DNA of 63,258 nucleotides, the filler included, from Sphaeroforma arctica JP610 (lineage: Eukaryota), in assembly GCF_001186125.1 (NCBI RefSeq). It is 6 parts of one record of this genome, joined end to end, with 100 filler letters (N's around TTAATTAATTAA, not from the genome) between each part and the next. Parts side by side here need not be neighbours in the genome. Positions count along the whole stretch, not along the records: positions 44,769 to 59,230 come from NW_014040546.1; positions 59,331 to 63,258 come from NW_014040546.1; 4 more parts are not named here. One strand, given 5' to 3'. Positions 51,301 through 63,258 of the stretch are shown here, piece by piece. Positions within the stretch are counted from its first letter, which is position 1. The number at the start of each line of letters is the position of its first letter. A program made the translations under genes and the position numbers. The notes beneath the pieces were generated by a model. It made no database searches. It was given only the letters and a program-made list of their open reading frames with translations, and was not told the origin of the DNA.

Positions 51301-52580
51301 TATCAGAAGAGTAGACTACTAATAACTCGAACACGTGAATTTGACGGACGCGTGCACGCCTATTAGCAATGCTATGTTCTGGTATTACTAGTATCAGTAT
51401 GACTTAACTAGTAGCACTAGTATCAGTATGACTTAATTAGTAGTACTAAAATCAGTATGACTGAGCTAGTAGTACTAGTATCAGTATGACTTAACTAGTA
51501 GTACTAGTATCAGTATGTCTTAACTAGTAGTACTAGTATCAGTATGACTTAACTAGTAGTACTAGTATCAGTATGACTGAACTAGTAGTACTAGTATCGG
51601 GCATTATTATACTTGACTATTACAGTATTGAAAGAAGTTATCCTGTGCTCAATGTACAGGTATGTTGGTGATTAAGGATGCGGCTCATAGACTTGCTACG
51701 AAACTGATATACAAACGAATAGTAGGTGATGCATATGTATACACAAATATATGTTCCACCTATAGGTACAATCTAGATGTTTAAGTGTCACTTTTGCACG
51801 CACATGCAGTAGTTGTAGCAGTTATGTTCACACCACATCGTCGGTCGAGGCGAGGTCTAAACTTAGATACACACATATATATACACTTGTTGTGTCTGAG
51901 ATGCATACATACACACACCTGTTGTAACTTCGATACATGCACACACACACACCTGCTGTGTCTTAGATACATGCACATACACACATCTACTATGCCTTAC
52001 AACCACTAACTCTCGTCCTACCTGATCTCGCCTGTTTGCCGGGTGTCAGCTGCTGCTGCGGTGTTGCCAGTGGTTTGATCTTGGGTGGCGGTAGGCCACT
52101 CCACGGCATATCCTCTGACCTACTGACCACACTCGTACGTGACTTCACTACAACTGTGCTTTCCCTCAGCTGTGTTTGTCTCAGCACTGGGTTTGGTTTA
52201 GTAGTAACCACTGGGTTTGGTTTAGTAGTAACCACTGGGTTCGGTTCAGCTACATCTTGGTTGTTGTCTGATGCAGTTGCACGGGCGCCGTTTGGGCCAC
52301 TCCCAGCTGCTATACTCCTGGTTGTATCTATCTGCATATGCTGAGTTTCTACCAGTGGCATACTTGAACATATCGTTGCAGCTGAAGCTTCTACGATGTC
52401 TATCGTGTGTCGTTGGATTCCCGACAACTTGGGTTTCTTCAATTGTGCTGTGTTTAGATCTGAGATGGCGTTTTCTTTCGGACCTACATTTTCGTCGTTC
52501 ACTAACGTGTCCTGGCCCTCTTGCGTCTCAATGTCTTCGTTGAGAGAGACGTCCAGCATAGTCATCTGTTCCGCATCCAT
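42347..52580 (-). CDS. KIFC1: Kinesin-14 (KIFC1/Ncd/Kar3-type C-terminal motor); 3' exons lost in gap
   Basis: Phase-consistent exons 52580-52022, 51007-50814, 50272-50130, 49457-49299, 48373-48235, 47576-47403, 46145-45951, 45698-45607, 45189-45033, 44219-44016, 43731-43645 (coiled coil), 43230-43009 (neck [30 protein letters not shown]), 42508-42347 ([25 protein letters not shown]-loop). Start could be slightly further upstream (52616). Confidence 0.92.
46150..47830. repeat. Intronic minisatellites in kinesin (~54-bp units 46150-46430, ~62-bp units 46610-47140, shorter units 47595-47830)
   Basis: Tandem units directly visible. Confidence 0.88.
51385..51600. repeat. Intronic ~30-bp minisatellite (ACTAGTATCAGTATGACTTAACTAGTAGT)
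   Basis: About seven tandem units. Confidence 0.9.
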
Positions 52581-54544
52581 ATTTGCGGTTGTTGTGTGAC
52601 CGACTTTGGTTCCCATGCAAATGCAAGTATGGCTGAAAGGTTCTAGAGAATACCAAGTAGTACAACCCACATACGGGGTCCGAATATGTCAAAAAACAAG
52701 TATTAAATTTGTATATATATATTATATATATATATCCGATTTAAATCCCCTACGAGGTGCTACGGCGACTGCACCTGCGTGCGCCACACAGTGTGTCGTG
52801 TGAGGTTAACAAGTGTATAGCAGCAGCACAGTGTGGTCTGTACGGTCTAACTTACACTTAGCCGTCTATGGGCCTGTGCGTTGAATTATGAATATAAATA
52901 AATCTCTGAACTTCTGAAGTTGAGCTTTCCCGCCTTTATTGACCGGCTGATGTATGTAGTCGCACACTTGACCAATGGAATTCCCGTAAAATTTTATACA
53001 AAAAAAGCATTCGAATAAAACCCTAAAACCCAACAACTTTTTTTTTAGTATATAAGAAGGCAAGACGAAACTACTCTACAATCTTAACAACATGGATGTA
53101 AATAAATACATACCTATGTAGCTAAATAAAAAGTAGTGGTGTTGGCGCGGGAGACTATGTAGACGCGTGAAACTCTACGGTTGTACATACTGATGTACAT
53201 TTGAATAATTCTTAGGGGGTCTTGTTGGAGGCCTTTTTGACCCATAACCATCTGAAGTATCGGGGCAGAAAAATGGGCCAAACATATCGTCCCGACAAAG
53301 CAAATTTTGATACTACCATGTATTAAATCTAAAAAGCATTAAGAGCATGTTCATCTCTCTTGTGTAAATCAGGTGTACATAGATAAATACTATTATAACA
53401 TAGACAAATACTATTATACGTATGTATTGCACTTATACGCGTGTTTATATATATATAGGTTATTCGGGGCGTTATGGTCACCCATACATAGCGGTGATCT
53501 ACTCGCGAGTGCACCATAGAAAAGAACAGTTTATTCCTGTTCAGACTATAATGTTCAAGATGACCGCGGGGCGTGTTACCAGCTTACGCTCTCAGTGATA
53601 TATAAATATATTTTTAGGTATTTATTAATTTTAATAGTGGCAGCCGTTGATGAAGAAATATCCTTTTATAGTACCGGAAAATCACGACACATATCCTAAG
53701 CACGTGCTGCAACTATTGGTCCACACTAGAATAGTAATCCTCCACCAGTACCCTTTGTATGACGGAATATAGTTGCACTCTCCCCAGATGACCTTCATAT
53801 TCTGCTTCCTGTCGAGGAACATGCATCAATCCATACATATACACACACACATATATATATATATAAAATATATATATATATACATACATATGTGTATGTA
53901 TGTATGTATGTATGTATGTATGTATGTATATATGTATGCATGTATATATATACATATACAATATACAATATAATAATATTATAGTTTATATATAATATAA
54001 GTATATGTATATATATATGTATATACACCCACATATATATATATATATATTCATAAATATATATATATATATATTCATAAATATATATATATATATATTC
54101 ATAATATATATATATATANNNNNNNNNNNNNNNNNNNNTGAGTGTGATTTGGATTTGGTATTGATTTAGACGAAAAATGTACGGTTTAAATATTCGAACT
54201 ATGTAGCAGAAAACACGCACGCATGCATTTCTACTAGTATAACCACAGATAGCGACTTTTTCTCATGTTTCAATATACATATTGTTTAAACGTTAGATAA
54301 TCATACCGGTGCATATACCTACAGTTTTTGTACTCACCCTCACTGTCCGAGCGCAGTGTTTCCGTATTCGGGTATTTCTTTCAAAAGAATATAGAAGCAT
54401 CGAGACTATCTTGGGATCATGAAATGCTACATTTACTACTCACTATGCTTTGAGATCATGGCGTTCTACGCTCATATTGCTATCCTCTCCATCAAAATAT
54501 ACGAAATTGTTGTAAGGAATTTCCTTCCGGGATGCCACCTACAA

Positions 54545-54722
54545 AAAGCGAAGTGGTTACGAAATGAACACATTGTATATCCAACCTATGAAAAGCGAAG
54601 TAGTTACAAAATGAACACATTGTATATCCAACCTATGGAAAGCGAAGTAAATACGAAATGAACACATTGTATATCCAACCTATAGAAAGCGAAGTGAATA
54701 CGAAATGAACACATTGTATACC
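54545..54722. repeat. ~47-bp tandem repeat (AAGCGAAGT...AAATGAACACATTGTATATCCAACCTAT)
   Basis: Four adjacent copies with no unique spacers. Confidence 0.88.
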
Positions 54723-55051
54723 CAGAAGCCATTTCAGGCACACGACCGCTCGAATGGCCATCCCAGAGTACAAAACGACAATTTGTGCTACAGACACCAT
54801 ATGCTGACCTAAAAACATTACTAGCGGGAGAACACGAGTTGAAATAGCAATATATCAGCAAAGAAATCGTTCAATACTCTTGTCTATCATGTATCAGTGC
54901 TTACCATCTGCCAAACCTCTTGTGACACAGCTGCTTCGACAAACACAGAAACACGATCGCCGTTCCGTGGCGCAATAGAAACACATTAACATAAAGAGAT
55001 TGTGCGAATGTGCACGAGCGGGGGTTCACACAGTGCGACTAACTAATTTGC

Positions 55052-56542
55052 CTTGAGAATCTCTTGACCAAGCACTCCTCCCACTATCGCAGCCGCTGGC
55101 CCGTATGAGATATTGCCGCACTGGCTTAGGTGGCTGTGTAGATAAGAAGGTGGGTACAAGATATTTAATGTATGTTGAGGACTATATGTAAATTTAAGAC
55201 TTTGAACTGCTCGAATAGTGATCGAGTGACGGATAGTGACACACACCGTAACAGTATCACCCGAGCATAGCACAATGATTGCTGCGCTAAGTGAACTGTT
55301 TAGAGTAGAACGTACAGCTTCTTGGCTATGAATTTGGCTATGAATGTTCGGTTTTATGTACTGCATATAATAACGAATATGTCTTATTACAGGTTCTCGT
55401 CAGAACATAACATAGTCAGGCATCTCATCAGCCGAAACGCGAACGAGCGCTCTCGCATGACCCCTCCTCTAATGTACACAGCATCAACCGAAACACGCTA
55501 TCCATATCAAAGAATATGGTGAGAATATGACCAACGTGTCATGTGTATATAACTGAAATGGCCACGTCCTTATCAAACAGTACGAGTGGATATCACAACG
55601 GCAACTCTGCTATACGAAACACACTACAAGCACCGACACAGATCATCTCGCACAATGTATCCGAAAAAGTACACACAAGCGGCAACAATACAGCAGCCTA
55701 GTACGAAGTCATGCGGGTATGCAACTTCGTGTACCTTATCTGCGCATCGGTTATAGTTGCAATGTCCAGCTTGTTCTCTTCCACATACGCGTTCCTCAAT
55801 TTAATCATCTTCTGAACATCCCCTTCTTGCTCATATGTCGGCCACCGTCCATTGGCGCTGTGAAACCGATGTAGTACAAACACTCCGTGGCGTATCCATG
55901 ACAACACATGTCTTCTAGACTGCTTGTGCGCAATTGAGTCTGTGTGTACTGCTTCCTCCAGTGACGGGTACTTTGTGGTGGCTGTGAGCGTCTTTGTTTC
56001 TTGGTCCTGTAGAGATGTGTTGAGCAACACATACAGTTTCAATCAACGAGAGCGGCGCCAGAGAAGTATCGTAGCCACAAAGAATATGAAATTCGTGATA
56101 TTTGTACGTATAAGAAAGAATGTGGATGGCTTTTGCATTATCTGTAAGCTTTACGCATAGAGTATACATACGTACACGTTCCTATACTGATGTGACAAAC
56201 TAGTTTTCTAAATACACAATATTTGACACCCTAACAATATAACGTTCCCGTCCTTGATATTATATATATATATATGCTGGACAACTATGAATATTTTATT
56301 TGGATTGAGTCGGTGCTCATAGAAACTGATGGGATGATTTCAACTTTAGATAGACTTGCATAGAAACGTTTTTCGATATACAAACGGATGTAACGATGGT
56401 CAATCCAAAGATCTATATTTCGACTTGCAAATGGCTTTAAAACTATATATTTGCACGTATATAGTAGACCATACTTATATATATATATATATATATATAA
56501 TATACATATATATATATATATAATATACATATATATATATAT

Positions 56543-56640
<98 letters not shown>

Positions 56641-59037
56641 TTGTTTCAATATGTATGCGCATGCACATGTACACAGAGTCTACACACGCTGTTCTACACA
56701 TTACTATACAGACGGAATTCACATTCCGGCACAATTGGTTATAAAGTATGTGGTAATTTTGAATACAATGCGCGGTATTGAATAGCATTGATGCAATGCC
56801 GTTGTAACACAAAACGTCTTGTTTTCTTCTCAAATGTCCTGTATGTGGATGCTCTACAATAAAATCTACCGCTAAGCTCCTCAGGCTATTTTAGTAACCA
56901 ACCGAATAATCAACGTACAATTCAGCAACGGAACAATCTTTAAAACTTACCTTCGTTTGGTCATATATGTATTCAAAATTATCGCCAAGATCTTCAAAGA
57001 AGAATCCATAGTAACCGTGCAACCCAGCCCAGAAGAACAACACTCCGGCTTCTCTGGCAATCCGATTGACTCGCATAGCTGTACATTTAACAATATTCAC
57101 ATTAGGAGGTCCGCATCGCATCAAACGATAATCTTGTGGTACATGCCAATGCAATTGTGGGGTTGCTGTATGATGCATATGTTATAGTAGCCTTATTAAA
57201 AAAAGCATATAGTATATGTCTAAGGATGCTATGTGATGGATATTTATAGTAGCCTTATTAAAAAAATCATAAGAGTATATGTTTAAAGCTATGTGATGCA
57301 TATTTTTAGTAGCCTTATTATAAAAACCAGATAGTATATGTTTAAGGTTGCTGCGTGTTGTATATTTATAGTAGTCTTATTGAAAGAATCATATAGTATA
57401 TGTTTAACCAAGGGTAACATTCGTATAGCAAAGCAATAACAAATGCTGCAAAGTTACTGCACGTATATTTTAAAAGCCAAATTACACCTAATCACAACAC
57501 GAGCCTGAAGGAACTCGAACTGAATACTCGGCAAGTGTCAAGTGGCGTGTATTGTGTAGGTGAGAAAGATACAGAATATGTAACAATTCCTCCGAGACAA
57601 AATAATATACAATGCTGCATGAATACCACGCATGAGGTTTTCAAAAGAAGATATGCGACCAGTGGCAGGCGAAAAGCACATGCGATAGATTTTGACCTGA
57701 CCAGAGATACACACAGGTCCTTCTGAATGTACTCCACATTAAAATTGGTGGTAGATAGCTTACGTTGAGCATATACACCACAAGACAGGACAGGACGCGG
57801 GTGCCTGTGCGCAAAACATTCCACACTTTGACAATTTATACACCTGATATCTTACTCCACACAATACCTGTGGCTAATTCAGTGTCTGTGAGGCATATAA
57901 TATTGAACTGTTTGAAATAGTCGTCTGATTTGCTGTCAATGATATCTGTATCGACGTGCAGCTTCACGCGCGGGTTGAGATCCTGTTAAACGGAACCAAC
58001 ATCCGAAGGATGAGACCCACATTTCCCAATCGAACGAACCCACACGACACTTTCCCAGTCAAAAGAATTGTTATAGAAAGATATAAATAACCGGAGACAC
58101 ACCTCGCTATTTAGGGGCCTATACATGGTTACATTTCGTCATTTAGGGGTCTATACATGTTTACATATCGCCATCTTTTTTTTGTTATCAAATGGCGGTC
58201 TGAGGACGCATGCAGAGGAACTCACAAGCTCAAATACACATAGAGTCCACGATAACAGCCAAGCAATCATTAACAGGGCATGCGGACGAGCTGTTGCAGG
58301 GTGGCAATTAGGTGAACGAATCCCGTGATAATACTTGCAAGAATGGCATACATGATTACAGTAGCTGCACTAGAATACGTACGTTTCGTGAACAAATGAA
58401 TGAAAATCTCCATACAAAGACTAGAACAAATCAATTCGCATAAAGGTGTTGGAACCATTCCTGTTCAAAGCCAGCATTGAATGCAATCGAAAGCGATGAT
58501 GGGTAGGGCAAGCGCAAGAAGTGTATATTAACTACTCACCATGACTGATGTAAGTCTGTGAAAACGTTGCTGATGGCAATACCAGTCTCCGCTTGACCAC
58601 AACCCTTGGGGTGGCAAAAACACGTTAACTACATGTATATTTGAATATACATTGCTTGTGTTGTGCAATTTATCTGACAATCATCAATCAGACGTTTCAA
58701 ATACATTCATATATTATTGCTTACCTGGAGGCGACCAAGCGCGGCCTGTACCCGGTTTAACCCTACAGCGGTCGCTTTATCACTGAGGAACGTGCCGGTG
58801 AGGTCGGCGGGTTCTACTGTGTGGTGGTCTAAGATTGTAACACTACCAACTCCTGCAAGAACTATCGTTTTCAGTACTTCGTTGGCCAGAGCCTTCACAC
58901 CATCTACTAGGATGTGGGCAGATGACATCCTAGTAACAATAGTGGTATAGGGTTTTTAGGTTACAGAATACAGTCATTTTGTGATAAACAAATTAAAAGC
59001 TAAGGAAATTCAAAGCAAACTCAAGTGTGTGTTAGTA

Positions 59038-59072
<35 letters not shown>

Positions 59073-59076
59073 AATA

Positions 59077-59128
<52 letters not shown>

Positions 59129-59761
59129 ATTTATTATATACATATTTAATTATATAGATATATATAGATATATATAAATATATGTATATATATATATACA
59201 TAAGTATGCGTGTAGGTTTGTGAATATATANNNNNNNNNNNNNNNNNNNNNNNNNNNNNNNNNNNNNNNNNNNNTTAATTAATTAANNNNNNNNNNNNNN
59301 NNNNNNNNNNNNNNNNNNNNNNNNNNNNNNTGTGTGTGTGTGTTTGCGTGTACGTGATTATGTGTGTGTGTATTTGTGAGCTTGTGCGTATATATATATA
59401 TATATATATATATGTATGCATGTATGTATATACGAGAATTTCGAACGTTTGTGAAGTGATGCTGTGTAAGAAGAATATGTTCATATATCATTAAAAAAAA
59501 TAACAAAAAAAGACCAGAGCGAGCTGGATCGTGTTCTGTAGCCGAATTCATAAAAATTGGCAACTACTCATATTTCACGATATAACGGCGGTTCGTGGCC
59601 ATGCATGTGGTCGTGTGATTTGTGTATGTCGACAAATACTTTCAAATACACAACAGTTTCAACCTGTGACAAAATGCCTTGGTGCGGACATACCTCTGCT
59701 GCGCCTCAGCTCCCCATAGGCGGATCTGACGATCGTAGAGGGTAGTTTCGTCTTCATTCAT
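55052..59761 (-). CDS. SAE1: SUMO-activating enzyme subunit 1 (Aos1); final exon not identified
   Basis: Exons 59761-59694 ([16 protein letters not shown]), 58929-58725 ([20 protein letters not shown]), 57982-57868 (LNPRV...[10 protein letters not shown]), 57078-56951 ([11 protein letters not shown]), 56006-55735, 55133-55052 ([16 protein letters not shown]). Confidence 0.9.
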
Positions 59762-60587
59762 GATGGCTTATAGGCTTAACTGTGTGTATCCAAGCTTCTC
59801 TATATATGCAATCACTTGTGAGATAGGATAACCACTGAATACCACAGTAAATGCGGTGTCTTTATTTTTTTATTTTTTTATTTATGTGCCGGTGTAGTTG
59901 CCGGTGTTGTTTTCTGTTGTACTGTAAAATAACTTTGTAGCTTATGTATCTATTCTACTTCCTGTACCCACAGACCCACACTCATACTCTCATAGTCATA
60001 GACCACAGTCTCTCAAACTCCAGACTCCAAAGTCCAGCCCCATGGCCCGTGGTCCGTGGAACCGAGGCAAAACATAGGCCAATAGCAATCAGCCTATTCG
60101 GGCTTTTAGATGCCGCTAACCTTTTGGCGACAAATCTGCATTGATATGTACTCCATAACATGTCATGTTGTGAAGTTGTCAATATTGTGTCAATAGTGAG
60201 TCATGCATGACTCATGACAAATAAATATCTTGTGCATTTCCTGTCGTTTTTGGTCACTACATGGAATATGACTGTTTATTGTACGTTACCGAAAGGGGAT
60301 GTGTGTCTGTGCGAGAGAAAGTTGATTTGCTCTACATATACATTACATTCGATAGTTCTTCCAGCCCTTGCTTTATATACAATGTCATCATTTTCCGTTA
60401 ACTGTGAGAGATATTTATTCAAGATATACAGTAATTTGTGTGAAAATCAATGCATTTTTTTTTACGTGTGACTTGACACACATATAGAGGTGTGACCAAA
60501 CGGGCCTAATAAACCAGAACTTGATATGTAATTAACCACAACTGCCTTCGGGTCTAAACCCACATGTATGTCAGTATTGTTCTTATT

Positions 60588-60726
60588 TTAATTCATCATG
60601 CTTCTGAGTGCCAGTAATTGATTCCTTCTCCAGCTTAATGGGAGTGTGTTACCTGTTTTGAAAGCTATACTAGCACGCTTACAAGCTTCAGCAGCACAGA
60701 TTGGCGCCGGTTGACGAATTTGTAGT
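60588..60726 (-). pseudogene. Fragment resembling the N-terminus of a class 3 aldehyde dehydrogenase
   Basis: AAEACKRASIAFKTGNTLPLSWRRNQLLALRSMMN then TAA; resembles the ALDH3 pattern of the type RAAFxSGRTRPLxFRxxQLxAL; no downstream exons found. Confidence 0.45.
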
Positions 60727-62826
60727 CTAGTACACCACTACTTATATAGGAATGTATTGAATGACGAAATTGCTCAATATTGGCATAATAATAATCCCTA
60801 CTTTGTAGTCCGCCTTCGCGCCATTTGCTTTTTGTATAAGCATGCGACTATAATTATGTATCCCTTGTGTAGTTCCAAGACAGCTCGCAATTCTAACTCA
60901 GCGGATATTTAGTTCTGTGAAATAAATAAACATATTTCACAGGCACAGTAATCATCGTATCGGTATGAAGAGAGAGCCCTATTCCAGAACGCCTTGTATA
61001 AATCTGAAGTGGTAGTTGGCGAAGCTCACACTCTGTCAACCTATCGAGCTGTGTACACCGAATAGCTTGTTTTGTTCACATGGGCTGCAGGCTAGTGGAC
61101 TGTGGGTGATGCAAGTTACGATTAATGAGGTGCACACTAAAAATAAACGTCGTGCGAACATCCATAGTGGACCTATCCGGTAGAAAACAAAAACGTTGAA
61201 GATACCATCTATGAAGATATGTAAAAATACAAATGGCAGGCGCGACGACACTTCGATACGAGCACAAATCGACACTCGATGCTAATCAACATCGAGATCC
61301 CAATACCTTCGAATCGATATATAATAGTGACATGCAATAAACGTGTTATTTGATAAAACTCATAGGTGTGATGAGAACACATTGGTATATAGATGCAAAC
61401 AGCACACCTCCCTAACAAGCACTCGGCATCGCTGACCCTGGTAAGAGCTCAGCATAGTCAACGCACTCCAAACCTTCCGCACATCACTGTTGAAAAGGTA
61501 TAGGCAGGAGGATAGATAGTAAGTATTTGTCAAGTGACGAGTCGATATATACATTCTAACCGTAGAAACAACCCGGATTCTGAACTTGGCGTTTACTGGT
61601 ATAAATATCGCAAACTACACTGTATCCCATGTAAATACATGCAATCAGTACACATACCGAAACTACTCTGTTTCAGCAAAGAACAGTCAGTTAGATCGTA
61701 CAGACATCAAGTGTACGGTGTCAAAATTACACGTAAACAAGCCCAGACACAATTTTAAAGTCGCAAAGGGGAAAAATTGGCAAGCAAGTGATGTATATCT
61801 GATAAACACAGTATGGTCTGTCCGATAAGATTGGTATTCATGCTCTTATGTGCATATATTTTGTGTACTTACACGGTGACATTCTCTATATCATCGTTTA
61901 CTACAGACATACCTTTTATGTACCTCTATGGTAACATTTTCTATACTAACATCCATCTCGGTGACCTGGACAGTAATGGATGCCCCTACACTGCCATGTA
62001 ATTGCTGCAGAGCAAATTGAATGATGTCAGTCACATTTTCCGCTTCTGTTAGACGGTTGGCACTTTCAAAGTCTCTGTAAAATGAGGACGATATATATTA
62101 AAAGGGAAGGTCAACATTCGATAAGCTCGCCGCACACGACTGATATTATGTTGACTCATGACTCCTACTTGGGCATATACGAGAAAGCCAGCATAGGGTC
62201 ACATCGGACCAAAAGCTGAAAGATGGTCAGATATTAACTAATAGTTGTTGTTTCGCTGATGCTACATACATTCTCAATTTCAATGCATGGCTGTCCTCCA
62301 TAATATCTGAGAACTTCTGGTGCGATAGGTCCGTTGCTGGGCATACAATTTATGGTGTATTCATATTATTGATAAATACATAACTTGAATCATACATAAA
62401 ATAGAGACGCTTTATAAATCATACGACCATAAACAGAGCCTTCTGAATCATACACCATAGCCGGGTTTTTTTGAGAACGCGATGATACGACGGACATTCT
62501 CAAAATTGGCTGCCTCGGAGGCTCGGCCTCGGGTGAGTCTCGAACCTGTGCCAACTGCCTAGAGCATGTGAAATTTAAAAAAATAGACCGTTCCAAAATA
62601 ATCGGCAAACGAGTTTTAACTTTTACCCCCCAGAGAGAGTTGCTGTGTAAATAGTGTTGCACCACAGAGAGCTTATAACATATGAGCCGGCAAATTGAAC
62701 TGTGCTGGCAAAAAATGATAATAAATTTAAAGTGATGTATGTACTGATGTAATAAATACTCATTGCAGATACATAGCAGTCAAACACCCATCTGCAACAG
62801 CACAGCACAATATACATCAACATAAC

Positions 62827-62940
62827 ATGAGTGCAGTGGAACCCACCATCGAAGAACCAGTTGATCTGGTAAAGCTCAGTTTAGATGAACGCATTCTGGT
62901 CAAGTTAAGAGGCGACCGCGAGCTCAAAGGCAAATTGCAT
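62827..62940 (+). CDS. LSM3: U6 snRNA-associated Sm-like protein LSm3, exon 1
   Basis: [38 protein letters not shown] followed by GTATGT donor; canonical LSm3 N-terminus. Confidence 0.93.
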
Positions 62941-63133
62941 GTATGTCAACCCTTATTGAAGAAATACGTTCCCAAGCCTATCGACTTTTGTTTTGAAATA
63001 ACGAAGTATGCAAGACAAAATGAGTGTCCCTATATGCAGATCTGTGTATGTTACCTCCAACATATAGGGATGCGAATGTATCCAGTGTAAACGCACTAAC
63101 CTGCTCGTGATTTATTTGCATATAGTCATATAG

Positions 63134-63173
<40 letters not shown>

Positions 63174-63258
63174 ATGTATGCATGAATAATAAATCTATAT
63201 ATATATATATATATACTTGTCGTAGAATATATATATATATATATATACTAGTAGAGTA

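Noticed and set aside
61000..62700. Possible minus-strand gene between SAE1 and LSm3
   Set aside because: Only isolated exon-like stretches; no consistent model or homology could be built by eye.

Overview
Intron-rich eukaryotic scaffold; the PLC, R3HDM4, SAE1 and LSm3 orthologues and the TA/TG-microsatellite-filled introns suggest a unicellular holozoan, which is inference only. It contains artificial N-TTAATTAATTAA-N gap spacers. Host genes: the 3' part of a phosphoinositide phospholipase C ending in an unusual C-terminal C1 zinc finger (+, 1041-8306), an intronless secreted poly-Asp protein (+, 35340-35834), R3HDM4 (-, 37085-39424), a kinesin-14 running into a gap (-, 42347-52580), SUMO E1 subunit SAE1 (-, 55052-59761) and LSm3 exon 1 (+, 62827). 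The 13.8-29.6 kb block is a transposon nest: a TRIM-like mini LTR element and two decayed, probably nested Ty3/gypsy-type LTR retrotransposons. The most notable result is that both carry a DIRS/Dam-type DNA N6-adenine methyltransferase domain (DMFA...WANPPW) in frame inside Pol, between RNase H and a DDE integrase. A third, more divergent methyltransferase copy lies next to them. Both elements also have an in-frame TGA at the same gag/pol position and atypical Gag zinc fingers, and one has lost its RT core by an in-frame deletion.
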